The notes under the pieces: generated by a model
Database searches by the model: none
The model's input: only the letters and a program-made list of their open reading frames with translations
What the model was told of the DNA's origin: nothing
In this document: one piece after another, positions 20,851-30,569 of the stretch
Layout: the number at the start of each line of letters is the position of its first letter
Numbering within the stretch: the first letter of the stretch is position 1
IMG/VR virus record: IMGVR_UViG_3300027793_000052
Coordinates: 248,001-312,000 of that record
Reading direction: 5' to 3' (one strand)
Length of the DNA stretch: 64,000 nt
Position numbers and translations under genes: made by a program

Positions 20851-22637
20851 TGAATAGTATTAGAAATATAATAGGTGAAAAGAGATACAAACTCGCCACC
20901 AACCAAAACACTAACTTAAGTTTAGACTTAGAGAATAAAACTAAAGTTTTAAATAATGAGGTTTTTTTTGAGGTTGTTAATGCTCAAAATGTTTTTGAAG
21001 TTGAAAGAAATGAAAGTAACAAATATAGATTTAACGGTAAATTAAACATCTACACATCAAACGCTTTATCTACTACAGCAACATCTAATGATTGGGATCC
21101 TTTATTCAAGGACAACCCACCAACAACACCAAATAATTGGGTTATGCAAATAACATATCCTTCATTTATGGATGATGAATATGAAATAAAATATTCTCAT
21201 CCTGTTTTTGGGTTAAAAACCAAAGCTTACCGTGGTTTACAATATACAAAATTAAGTTCCACTTTTGTTAACGGATCTAATAAATTAACGATAATTGGTG
21301 TACAGAGACATAATTTAGAAATAGGTGATTTTGTATATTTAGTTGATACAAACTACCAAGGGTTTCATAGAGTACAATCTTTAGGTATTAGTGGTAATGA
21401 TTTAAAAACTTCAGTCACTTTAGACACATTTGTTGATACGGTGACTGGTGTTACAACAAATTATAATAATTTTAAAAGAGTATTAAATGTATCTAAAAAC
21501 GATATATCTTTTAACAATCCCAATACATTTAACTATACCGAATCCACCGATATTAGTGGTAACACAGGTATGGGGTACACAAAAATAGTAACTACATCAA
21601 ACCATGAATTAAGTATTAACAATTTCGTTGATATTAGAGTAGGATCTTCAAACCCATTAAATGGTGTTTGGAAAGTTGTTAATATATTAGCCCCAAATGT
21701 TTTTATAGTTAAAGTTGAAACTTTGGCTAACTACAATTTTTCTTCAGCAAAATATAGAATATTAGATTGTACACCATCAGAATATTATATTAGGTACTTT
21801 GAACTTTTAACATCAAATGAATATGAAGTTTATAAATGTGCCTTTAGTTCCAACATATACAGTAATGTAATTGATCCTAAAATAGGTACAGCTAACGATA
21901 CATGGGCATTTCAATATAATAAAGACATCAACATTAAAAATTTAAAGGACAATAGAAACGGTAAAATTTCTGAATTATACTATACCATAATAAAAAGAGC
22001 TGGTTTAAAAACATACCCTTGGAGTGATGTTGTGGCAGATTGGGACTTTAATGCCACATTTACCAATTTAAGTAATGGTTTAGAAACCATATCAAAAATA
22101 AACCCTAATGGTATCGGTTCGGTTGAAAAGAAAACCCAAAGAACTGAAAGTGTAAACCAAGCCGGTGATTTAGTATTTAATTCGGGTGATTTTTATTTTG
22201 GTGAATTTGTTGAATTTAACATGTTAGAAATTATTGAAAGGCCTGTTGCTGACGTAATACATAGATTTGGGTTAAATAGTAACCCAAACGGAAGAGGTTA
22301 TTATTACAAACCATTTCAAAATTTACAAATCAGAGTGTACTCTACACAAATAGAAACGGCAGATGCTGATGAAATAGTTATTGACTTACCAGAAAACTTT
22401 GTGACATATGCCGATGGATCTTTGGCTTGGAAAGATTTATTACCAATAGGTTACTATGAGGATGATAATAATGGCGTTGATTATCCTTTTAACAATGGGG
22501 CCAATTATTTTTATTTTAATAAAAACTTATACGTTAGAGTACAACCAATATATGTCCCACCACCAACCCAAACTACAACACAAACCACAACACAAACTGT
22601 TGATAATGCAATTGTTAATATAAACGAAGAGTGTTAA
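20850..22637 (+). CDS. Putative structural (baseplate/tail) protein
   Basis: 595 aa, beta-rich composition, TAATG coupling within the tail operon. Confidence 0.6.
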   Translation: MNSIRNIIGEKRYKLATNQNTNLSLDLENKTKVLNNEVFFEVVNAQNVFEVERNESNKYRFNGKLNIYTSNALSTTATSNDWDPLFKDNPPTTPNNWVMQITYPSFMDDEYEIKYSHPVFGLKTKAYRGLQYTKLSSTFVNGSNKLTIIGVQRHNLEIGDFVYLVDTNYQGFHRVQSLGISGNDLKTSVTLDTFVDTVTGVTTNYNNFKRVLNVSKNDISFNNPNTFNYTESTDISGNTGMGYTKIVTTSNHELSINNFVDIRVGSSNPLNGVWKVVNILAPNVFIVKVETLANYNFSSAKYRILDCTPSEYYIRYFELLTSNEYEVYKCAFSSNIYSNVIDPKIGTANDTWAFQYNKDINIKNLKDNRNGKISELYYTIIKRAGLKTYPWSDVVADWDFNATFTNLSNGLETISKINPNGIGSVEKKTQRTESVNQAGDLVFNSGDFYFGEFVEFNMLEIIERPVADVIHRFGLNSNPNGRGYYYKPFQNLQIRVYSTQIETADADEIVIDLPENFVTYADGSLAWKDLLPIGYYEDDNNGVDYPFNNGANYFYFNKNLYVRVQPIYVPPPTQTTTQTTTQTVDNAIVNINEEC

Positions 22638-23419
22638 TAAAATATACCATACAAAATTTATTTCAAGAAATTACTGGGGCAACATCAACATTGACAGGTG
22701 GCACGTTGAATGGGTTATATAAATCTATACCTTTACCGATAACTCAAACAATAGCACCGTTGTTTTTTGGTGACAAAATGTTAGATGTTATAAATGAAGA
22801 AAAAGAAAAAATGATAAACCCAATAATTGACGGTGAAACTTTAAAATATAATTTTAATAATTTGACTGCCAACAACAATAAAGGTTTGTTAATTAGTTTT
22901 AAATTTTGGGATCCCAACACTTCTAGTATGAATATGGATTATAGTTTGGCTGGTTTCACAACTGAAGATGTGACAAAAAATAAAAACGGGTTTAAAAAAA
23001 GTTTTTTTAGATTATATTTTTATGACAGTAATGATAGTGAAAATAATTCTTTAATATTTACGGAAGATATTGATGTTGATTATACTTTAAAACCTGAATT
23101 TAGTTTAAACCGTTTATATTGGTTAAGAAACGACCAATACTTTGTTGATAATAACACCAACCGAGTTTTATATATGGACGCTAGATTTTTTAATGCTAAA
23201 ACAGGCAAAATACACAGATTTATAAACCCACCATCTAATGTTACAATGCCTGTAGATATAAATACATATAAAGACATAAACAATAGAGGGTGGAGAACTT
23301 CCAGAGTAGAATTTATAAACCCTAAAAATAATAATGGTAATTATAATTTTTTAGTAACACCTAATGTTGGTGCTAACACTAATAACACAATAACAATGAC
23401 AGAGTTTATATTAAAATAA
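22631..23419 (+). CDS. Putative structural protein
   Basis: 262 aa, overlaps the previous gene. The GTG start is uncertain. Confidence 0.6.
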   Translation: MLIKYTIQNLFQEITGATSTLTGGTLNGLYKSIPLPITQTIAPLFFGDKMLDVINEEKEKMINPIIDGETLKYNFNNLTANNNKGLLISFKFWDPNTSSMNMDYSLAGFTTEDVTKNKNGFKKSFFRLYFYDSNDSENNSLIFTEDIDVDYTLKPEFSLNRLYWLRNDQYFVDNNTNRVLYMDARFFNAKTGKIHRFINPPSNVTMPVDINTYKDINNRGWRTSRVEFINPKNNNGNYNFLVTPNVGANTNNTITMTEFILK

Positions 23420-25191
23420 TGGAGTTATTTAAAAGAAATGTAGGTTATCAAGACATAGGTAGGGATAGTAATTTAACAATCACTGCCACTACAATATACA
23501 TACCTATATTTTTAACTCAGTCATTTGAAGATTTAGGTCTTTATACAGACACTAAAAACCCAATATTTGACGTTGTTACGGGTTTTACAGGTATATGGGA
23601 CACCACGTCTAATACTGGAACAACACAAAAACCTTGTTTGGTTTTAAATAATTGTGGTGTAGGTAACCCTACAATAATAAAACCTTCATTTTACGGTGCG
23701 TCCGATGCTTCTATTAATGTTAACAATATTACAAATTGTTCACAACAGTATACATTTAAATGGACTGGACCTAATAATTATAACAATACAACCACACTGT
23801 ACCCAACAGGATTAAAGGCTGGTAATTATACATTAAAGATTACAGATAACAATTGTGATATATCCTACCATTCTTTTTTAATTCCAGAAGCAGAAATTTT
23901 AAATACAACAACTTCTTTATTTAATTCTCAAGTTAATGATATTAATGGAACATGTAATGGTTCAGCCTCGGTTGTTGCATCTGGAGGTTTAGCACCTTAC
24001 AGTTATAATTGGTTTATAAATACAGGTGTTACGGCCACAACATGGACAAGTTTAGGTTTAACAACTTCTACCATAACTGGACTTTGTGCTGGTACATATT
24101 TAGTTCAAACCACGGATTCCACAGTACCACCAGTAACAGTATCTTCTATTTTTAAAATAACTGAACCAAGTGTATTATCTGGTAATGTAATAACAACAAT
24201 CAACGTGGATTGTTTTGGTGGTAATAATGGCGAGATTAATGTTATAGGTTTTGGCGGTAATATGGGTACTGGTTATACCTATACATTATCACCTGGATTT
24301 ATTTCTAATTATACTGGTATGTTTAAAAACATAGGTTCTAATACTTATAGTGTATTAATCACAGATTCCGTAGGATCAACTTATAATCTAACACCAATAA
24401 TTATAACACAACCAGTTGTTGTTAATGCTACCGTAAATTTATTATCAAATGCTGGATGTTTTGGTGGTGATTTAGGTTCTATAACTATAAACCCTTTTGG
24501 TGGTAACGGATCTTATTCAATAACAGCTTATCGTAATGGTTTACAATATAATTTCTACACTACATCATCATCATTAAATATAACCGATTTAGAAGCTTCA
24601 TTATATACGTTTGATATTACAGATGGTAATGGTTGTACATTTAATGGATTGTCACAAACAGTTTACCACAGAGAAGATTTTGATATAACAATAACTAAAC
24701 CATCACAAATAAATGGTTATGATATACCTTGTTATAGTAATACAACACAAATAACTGCCACGACAACATTCATTTCCGACGCTTATACATTACCGACGCC
24801 CGCTGGTAATATTAATTTTTATGCTAATGGTGTTTATAAAAGTACTTGTTCACACGTATTGGGTAGTGGTTGTACGTCTATATTAACAGGTTTAACCGCT
24901 GGTGATTACACAATTACAAGCGTATCTAATGTTGGGTGTTCTGCAACAACCTTTGTAACTTTAACACAACCAGAATCAGTTTTATCGATAAACTTAGGAT
25001 TAATTGAAGTTTCGGCGTCTGATAGACAAGGTGTTATAAATATTAACGGTGGTGTTACTCCTTACACTGTTTTATGGAGTGATAGTAGTAATGACATAAC
25101 ATCTAACGTACACACTACCGGATACGGCGTATTAAGTGTTACTGTTACAGATAATAATGGTTGCACAGCAACAGATAATATAACAATATAA
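23419..25191 (+). CDS. SprB-repeat-containing putative tail fibre/adhesin
   Basis: Repeated C.G..NG.I.V...GG...YTY.W/L and L.AG.Y...ITD.NGC units. Confidence 0.7.
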   Translation: MELFKRNVGYQDIGRDSNLTITATTIYIPIFLTQSFEDLGLYTDTKNPIFDVVTGFTGIWDTTSNTGTTQKPCLVLNNCGVGNPTIIKPSFYGASDASINVNNITNCSQQYTFKWTGPNNYNNTTTLYPTGLKAGNYTLKITDNNCDISYHSFLIPEAEILNTTTSLFNSQVNDINGTCNGSASVVASGGLAPYSYNWFINTGVTATTWTSLGLTTSTITGLCAGTYLVQTTDSTVPPVTVSSIFKITEPSVLSGNVITTINVDCFGGNNGEINVIGFGGNMGTGYTYTLSPGFISNYTGMFKNIGSNTYSVLITDSVGSTYNLTPIIITQPVVVNATVNLLSNAGCFGGDLGSITINPFGGNGSYSITAYRNGLQYNFYTTSSSLNITDLEASLYTFDITDGNGCTFNGLSQTVYHREDFDITITKPSQINGYDIPCYSNTTQITATTTFISDAYTLPTPAGNINFYANGVYKSTCSHVLGSGCTSILTGLTAGDYTITSVSNVGCSATTFVTLTQPESVLSINLGLIEVSASDRQGVININGGVTPYTVLWSDSSNDITSNVHTTGYGVLSVTVTDNNGCTATDNITI

Positions 25192-25682
25192 TGGTATCAG
25201 GAACGACTTCACATAAATTAGATGTAATTAGTACATACGATAACGTTAGACCTTTTAAAGTAGGTAATAGTGGTATTACTGATGGTTTTGTATATGTCAT
25301 AACTAATATAGATTACGTAGATCCTATACTACAAACTGGTTATACAAAGATTTATTACACAATAGGTGACATAGATTACGTAACAACATATAGACCATCG
25401 ACAAATCAATTTGATACTAAAACACATCCAACAACATTCTCAACTACCTCAAGTGGTTATGATTTTGAACCTTACTTATATGGTAATAGCCAATTAACTT
25501 TTGATGTAAAAGAAGAAGCAAAAATGGGGCTAGTTTTCCCACCAAAAGTAAACAACGAGCTATTTATAGAAAGAATGTCTGTAGCTGTTTTTGAGAGACA
25601 TTCAAGATTGGCTGAAATCAAAAGTTTAGAAGGTTTAGTTGAATATAGAAACGGATATTATAATATAGTAGAAAATAGTTAA
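25191..25682 (+). CDS. Putative structural protein
   Basis: 163 aa, TAATG-coupled within the tail operon. Confidence 0.6.
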   Translation: MVSGTTSHKLDVISTYDNVRPFKVGNSGITDGFVYVITNIDYVDPILQTGYTKIYYTIGDIDYVTTYRPSTNQFDTKTHPTTFSTTSSGYDFEPYLYGNSQLTFDVKEEAKMGLVFPPKVNNELFIERMSVAVFERHSRLAEIKSLEGLVEYRNGYYNIVENS

Positions 25683-25691
25683 AAAAAAAAT

Positions 25692-26591
25692 ATGGCAACA
25701 GGACAATACGGGATAGTTAGGTCATCATCGGTTACACCATCAGATATGGATATATATTATACATATGCGCCATCAAGAGATGTTAGGCCCACAATTCCAT
25801 TAACAGCGTTAGACCCTAATCAGGTTATATCAAGATTTAATGATCCAACAACTAACACAAACGGGACACCTTTATTTGATGGTCTATATAATTTAGAATT
25901 ACCTGTAACACAGTTTTCAACTAAAGGTATTTATTCTATTGTTATAAAACCAAAAGAGGTTAGAACTAAAATTACTGATTGTGGTGTTTTAGCAGCTTTT
26001 CCTGATATTAAAGGTATTATTTTAGATTTAGATACTTTAGGTATACAAGATGCCGGATCTTTAATAGGATATCGTGTTGAATATTATAACCAAAACAATG
26101 GTAGTAAGATACCTAATTTTTTTAGAATTATAACATCAGCAAACAGAACTGAAGCTATAAATACTAATCAATCAAACACAGTACAAAAATCAGTTAAATA
26201 TAGGTTTAATGATAACTCAAATTTAGTTTTTTGTACATTAACACCAAGTTCAGCACCTAATGTTAGACCAAATCAATTTCCAGATATAGGTACACCAGGA
26301 CAAGAAATATCTATAACCAATACATTCTTTAACCCAATTTTGTTGGAGGTTAATATGGTTGAACACGATATTGAAACATTGGCGTATGGTATATTTGGCA
26401 ATCAAACCAAGTCAATTGTTGATGGTAAATATACTATTTACGATGAACAAAATCGTATATATAAACAATACAACTTATACGAAATACAAGACCAATTTAC
26501 TGGTGAACCTTTATACGAAGTTCGTCAAGAAGTTGATAATATTGATTTCACCAAAGATTTCAATACAATTACAAATGTACCATTAGCCTAA
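25692..26591 (+). CDS. Putative structural protein
   Basis: 299 aa within the tail operon. Confidence 0.65.
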   Translation: MATGQYGIVRSSSVTPSDMDIYYTYAPSRDVRPTIPLTALDPNQVISRFNDPTTNTNGTPLFDGLYNLELPVTQFSTKGIYSIVIKPKEVRTKITDCGVLAAFPDIKGIILDLDTLGIQDAGSLIGYRVEYYNQNNGSKIPNFFRIITSANRTEAINTNQSNTVQKSVKYRFNDNSNLVFCTLTPSSAPNVRPNQFPDIGTPGQEISITNTFFNPILLEVNMVEHDIETLAYGIFGNQTKSIVDGKYTIYDEQNRIYKQYNLYEIQDQFTGEPLYEVRQEVDNIDFTKDFNTITNVPLA

Positions 26592-29500
26592 TGTCAAACG
26601 TTAAAGTAGTACCTCGTTCACTAACTGATGCGTATAAAAGAAGAGAAGGTGATTTCTCACCAGATTTAGTTGGTTTACAATTCACAAGCGGTGACGCATT
26701 TTTTACTTTTGGTAATTTTAATGTAACTACAAATGTAAGCCCCAGATTAAGTAAAGACTTTATTTTAGGTGGTGAGTGGTCGGAATACTACAATTTAGAA
26801 AATTTAAACTTAAGTCAGTCGGATTCAATAACTTTAGAAACGAATGATTTAAATATTTTTTTAAATTTTGACCCAAACAACATTAGTAGGTATGTTTATT
26901 TTGGTTCTTTTTATGAACTCATTAGAGTTACATTAGAACAAATAATACAAAAATGGAAAGGTTCTATATATCTAAACCCTTTATCTAAAACAAATATAGC
27001 TGTAAATACAGTATTATCTTTTCAGTATGACCAAATTAACGGTGTTGCATCTTTTTTAATACCTAAAAGTGTTATCAGTAACCCCTTCGAATTAATAGTA
27101 GATGACAATCAAGATTTTGTTGATTTAAAACCTGACGAGATATTTAATCTTTCTAGAGATTATTCAAAATATGTTATAGAAATAAATGGTAATCAGTTTC
27201 CTGTTGTTGGCTACACAGGATCAACCACAAATTATTCATATATAAGAATAAATACTAAAGGTAATCCTTTCACACAATTATCAGGATCAACCTTTGGTTC
27301 ATTAACTTATCATTTAAAACCTAATAATAATGAAGTTAATTTATTTTTTGAAGAACTAACTGATTTTGAAAATTTAATACTAAATAGAATGACTGTACCT
27401 CAGTACACTTGTTCTTTTTTAGTACCATCTGAGGTTGATGGTTTTATATCTTTTTCAAACAAAAATTTCACATGGCCAGTATCGGATGGTTACAATATAG
27501 ATATAAACACAAACGAATATAGTTTATATGTTGAAAAAATATTACAAACGGCAAAAGATTTTGATTTATATAAAACAGATTTAGTATCTAGAAGATTTGT
27601 TTCGGAATCAATTCACGAATATGATACAGATGGTGGTGGACAAGAAATTTATGGAAGAAAAGTTAATAAACTTTTAAAAATATATGGTAGAGAATTTGAT
27701 GAGGTTAAAAAATACATAGATGGTATTTCTTTTGCTAATGTGGTTACTTACGACAAGTTGGATAATACGGCTGATGAATTAATTAAGATAATGGCTAAAA
27801 CATTAGGTTTTGATGTTTTACTAACCGTTGGAACTGACAATTTTAACTTAAAAGAAATAACGGACAAACCACTAACAACAGTATTTAGTGGACAATCTAT
27901 GGGATTATCGACTAAAGAATTGGATGTAGAACTTTGGAGAAGATTGGTTATAAACGCGTGGTGGTTATGGAAATCTAAGGGTACCAGAAAAGTTATAGAA
28001 TTTTTCTTTAGTTTATTTAATATACCACAATGTATGTTATCGTTAAATGAATTTGTTTATTTAGCTGAAAATAGATTAAATACTGTAGAAATATATGAAA
28101 TATTAGCTAATTTATATGGTGGTATAGAAAATGTTGATTTAACCGTTATACCTATGGATGATTTTGGATTCCCATCAAAGTTACCAACAACAACAGATAA
28201 TTATTTTCAAATGGACGGTTTTTGGTATAATGGTGGTAGTGAAAGTACTATTGGTAACAACCCACATATAGGACCATACGATTACGGTAAAAAATATTTT
28301 AACCAATATGAATGTTTTATTGATAGTACAGTGTTACAAGGTTTACGAAATACTACTGTTACTGTACCTAAAACTGAAAATTTATTTAACAATTATAACA
28401 AAGGTACTTTTTCTGTAGATACAGAGTTAGGCTTACCTATACCTTATTATGGTTCTGATTATGCTAATGTATTAAATAATAACGGACAAGTAAATAACGC
28501 AACTGTAACATCAGCGGGTTTAACAGAACCAAAAACAATATACGCACCACCAATAGAACAAGAGGGTAGTCAAACATTTATGGGTTTAACGTTTGAAACT
28601 AATTCAGATGTATGTAATCTTTGTCCAGAAATTTTTTACGGTGAAGACGGTATTGTTTATAATTTAAACGATAAAAAACCTATAACAGATGAAAAATGTT
28701 GTATGGGTACTTGGTTGGCAAGTGTACCAACTGAAACAACACCCCCTATAGTATGTCCACCATCTAAAGATGTGTTGGTAAATCAAAACGATAGGCTTGT
28801 AAAAGCTATTATTAATTGTTATTCTAATACTTCTTTAACTTTAGAACAAAAAGACACTTGTTACAACCAAGTTTATACACAGTACGGATCAAACCCACCT
28901 TGTGCTGTTGGTATGGTTTCAGGCCAATCAATAATAGGTATACCTAAAGATTGTTGTAATAAAGATAATTTAGGTTTTGATGTGTATTGGGATGGTAGTT
29001 TTTGTTATCAAAAAGAATGTTATGTTAAGTTACAAACAGGTTTAAATTGTAGTGATAATTTAATAATAACAAGTGATAGTATAAAATGTCAGGCAAGTAA
29101 ACTTTTAGAATGTGTTGATTGTGACAGTGAATTTGTTTATCAATCCGCGAATTTATTTAGAGAACAACCAAACAAAAATTTAGGATTAATTGATTTGGTT
29201 AATTCTTACACTTGTTATTGGTGTCAACCTGAAAATTACATAACTAAAATTTGTGATGCTAGAAGTTTTGTGAACGGACTAACTCAACAAGAAATTAACG
29301 ATTTATATATTAAAATATTTGGACCAATAGGTGAGGCTTCAGATTCAATTATTAAAGAAAAGGTTAATAACGCTTTAACAAGTTCAATCAAAAATTATGG
29401 TTGTTTATTAATATCAAAAAATGGTGAATTTATTGTTGATAATAATTGTTGTAAATTAAGGGGTGGTAATTATGTTAATGGTTACTGTTTTAAACCACAA

Positions 29501-30535
29501 GATGATCCTTGTAATACGGCACAAGTAAATAGTAGTCATGTATTTGTAGATGATAAAGGTAATTTATTATCACAAAATTGTTGTACAAAATACGGTAGTT
29601 GGACTTTTGGTTCTATAAATATAGTTTCTAATGGTACAATTTTAACGGATAGTTTAGGATCTTCATTCGCTAATTCATTGGGTGAAAAATATTATTGTTC
29701 AGCATGTCCTCAAAACATAACAATATATAACGGAACAGAAGTTAGAGACAATTCAACAAATCAAAGTTTAACATCACAATGTTGTGTTGATTATGGTTAT
29801 GAATGGAATGGGACTATATGTGTTGTAAAAACGCCTACAGATGGTGGTGGTACAGGTATTGACACTGGTGGTAATACCACAGCAGGTGAGGCTGAATTAT
29901 GTTTAAAAGATTGTATCATAACTTATGAACCCACAGGAACTAAATGTGAGGATGCTCTGTTACAATTGTTAGAAATGAATAGAATATTAGTTAAGGGTTG
30001 GGGTTGTTTACAAAAAGTATATGAAGAACAAACATATTATCAATTAACTAATAATCCATTATATAGAAATAAGATATACAATTTTAACAACACTACTTTT
30101 AAAACTGTTGATGAGTTAATTGACCTATTGAATAATATGTTACAAACATATTATAATTATTTAGAAGATTATATACCAAACGCTACATTCCCAAATGATA
30201 TTAAAAATAACGGTGCTTTCACTTGTGACATAACAATTATGAATAGTTTCTATAACGACTATACTGTAGCCGGACTTAATGAATTTTGTTCTATAGATGT
30301 GTTTACAAGTTATGCCGGTAATCTACTACCAGTGGATGATCCAATTAATGATGGATGGGATTATGTTGAGGCGATAGATTATTTGTTAGCTTTAAACTCT
30401 TCAGGTAGTTGGGTTGTTTTAAAAAGTAATGAACAAATACCAACAGTACCTTTAACCAACACAAATCAAAACTGTGTAGTACCAACTTATGATGAGTTAA
30501 TTTTACAACCATATTTTCCAATAAGTAACGGATAA
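26591..30535 (+). CDS. Large structural (baseplate/tail) protein with Cys-Cys repeat C-terminal region
   Basis: 1314 aa. WRRLVINAWWLWKSKGTRKVIEFFF resembles phage tail/baseplate gp7/P2-I-type motifs; repeated CC units follow. Confidence 0.65.
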   Translation: MSNVKVVPRSLTDAYKRREGDFSPDLVGLQFTSGDAFFTFGNFNVTTNVSPRLSKDFILGGEWSEYYNLENLNLSQSDSITLETNDLNIFLNFDPNNISRYVYFGSFYELIRVTLEQIIQKWKGSIYLNPLSKTNIAVNTVLSFQYDQINGVASFLIPKSVISNPFELIVDDNQDFVDLKPDEIFNLSRDYSKYVIEINGNQFPVVGYTGSTTNYSYIRINTKGNPFTQLSGSTFGSLTYHLKPNNNEVNLFFEELTDFENLILNRMTVPQYTCSFLVPSEVDGFISFSNKNFTWPVSDGYNIDINTNEYSLYVEKILQTAKDFDLYKTDLVSRRFVSESIHEYDTDGGGQEIYGRKVNKLLKIYGREFDEVKKYIDGISFANVVTYDKLDNTADELIKIMAKTLGFDVLLTVGTDNFNLKEITDKPLTTVFSGQSMGLSTKELDVELWRRLVINAWWLWKSKGTRKVIEFFFSLFNIPQCMLSLNEFVYLAENRLNTVEIYEILANLYGGIENVDLTVIPMDDFGFPSKLPTTTDNYFQMDGFWYNGGSESTIGNNPHIGPYDYGKKYFNQYECFIDSTVLQGLRNTTVTVPKTENLFNNYNKGTFSVDTELGLPIPYYGSDYANVLNNNGQVNNATVTSAGLTEPKTIYAPPIEQEGSQTFMGLTFETNSDVCNLCPEIFYGEDGIVYNLNDKKPITDEKCCMGTWLASVPTETTPPIVCPPSKDVLVNQNDRLVKAIINCYSNTSLTLEQKDTCYNQVYTQYGSNPPCAVGMVSGQSIIGIPKDCCNKDNLGFDVYWDGSFCYQKECYVKLQTGLNCSDNLIITSDSIKCQASKLLECVDCDSEFVYQSANLFREQPNKNLGLIDLVNSYTCYWCQPENYITKICDARSFVNGLTQQEINDLYIKIFGPIGEASDSIIKEKVNNALTSSIKNYGCLLISKNGEFIVDNNCCKLRGGNYVNGYCFKPQDDPCNTAQVNSSHVFVDDKGNLLSQNCCTKYGSWTFGSINIVSNGTILTDSLGSSFANSLGEKYYCSACPQNITIYNGTEVRDNSTNQSLTSQCCVDYGYEWNGTICVVKTPTDGGGTGIDTGGNTTAGEAELCLKDCIITYEPTGTKCEDALLQLLEMNRILVKGWGCLQKVYEEQTYYQLTNNPLYRNKIYNFNNTTFKTVDELIDLLNNMLQTYYNYLEDYIPNATFPNDIKNNGAFTCDITIMNSFYNDYTVAGLNEFCSIDVFTSYAGNLLPVDDPINDGWDYVEAIDYLLALNSSGSWVVLKSNEQIPTVPLTNTNQNCVVPTYDELILQPYFPISNG

Positions 30536-30569
30536 AAACGTAAATAAAAATAATTATATATAAAAGATA

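Noticed and set aside
22562-22600. 12-nt tandem repeats (TQTT x3; also DQAT repeats at ~57235-57265)
   Set aside because: Short low-complexity linkers at protein ends, with no sign of function beyond spacing.
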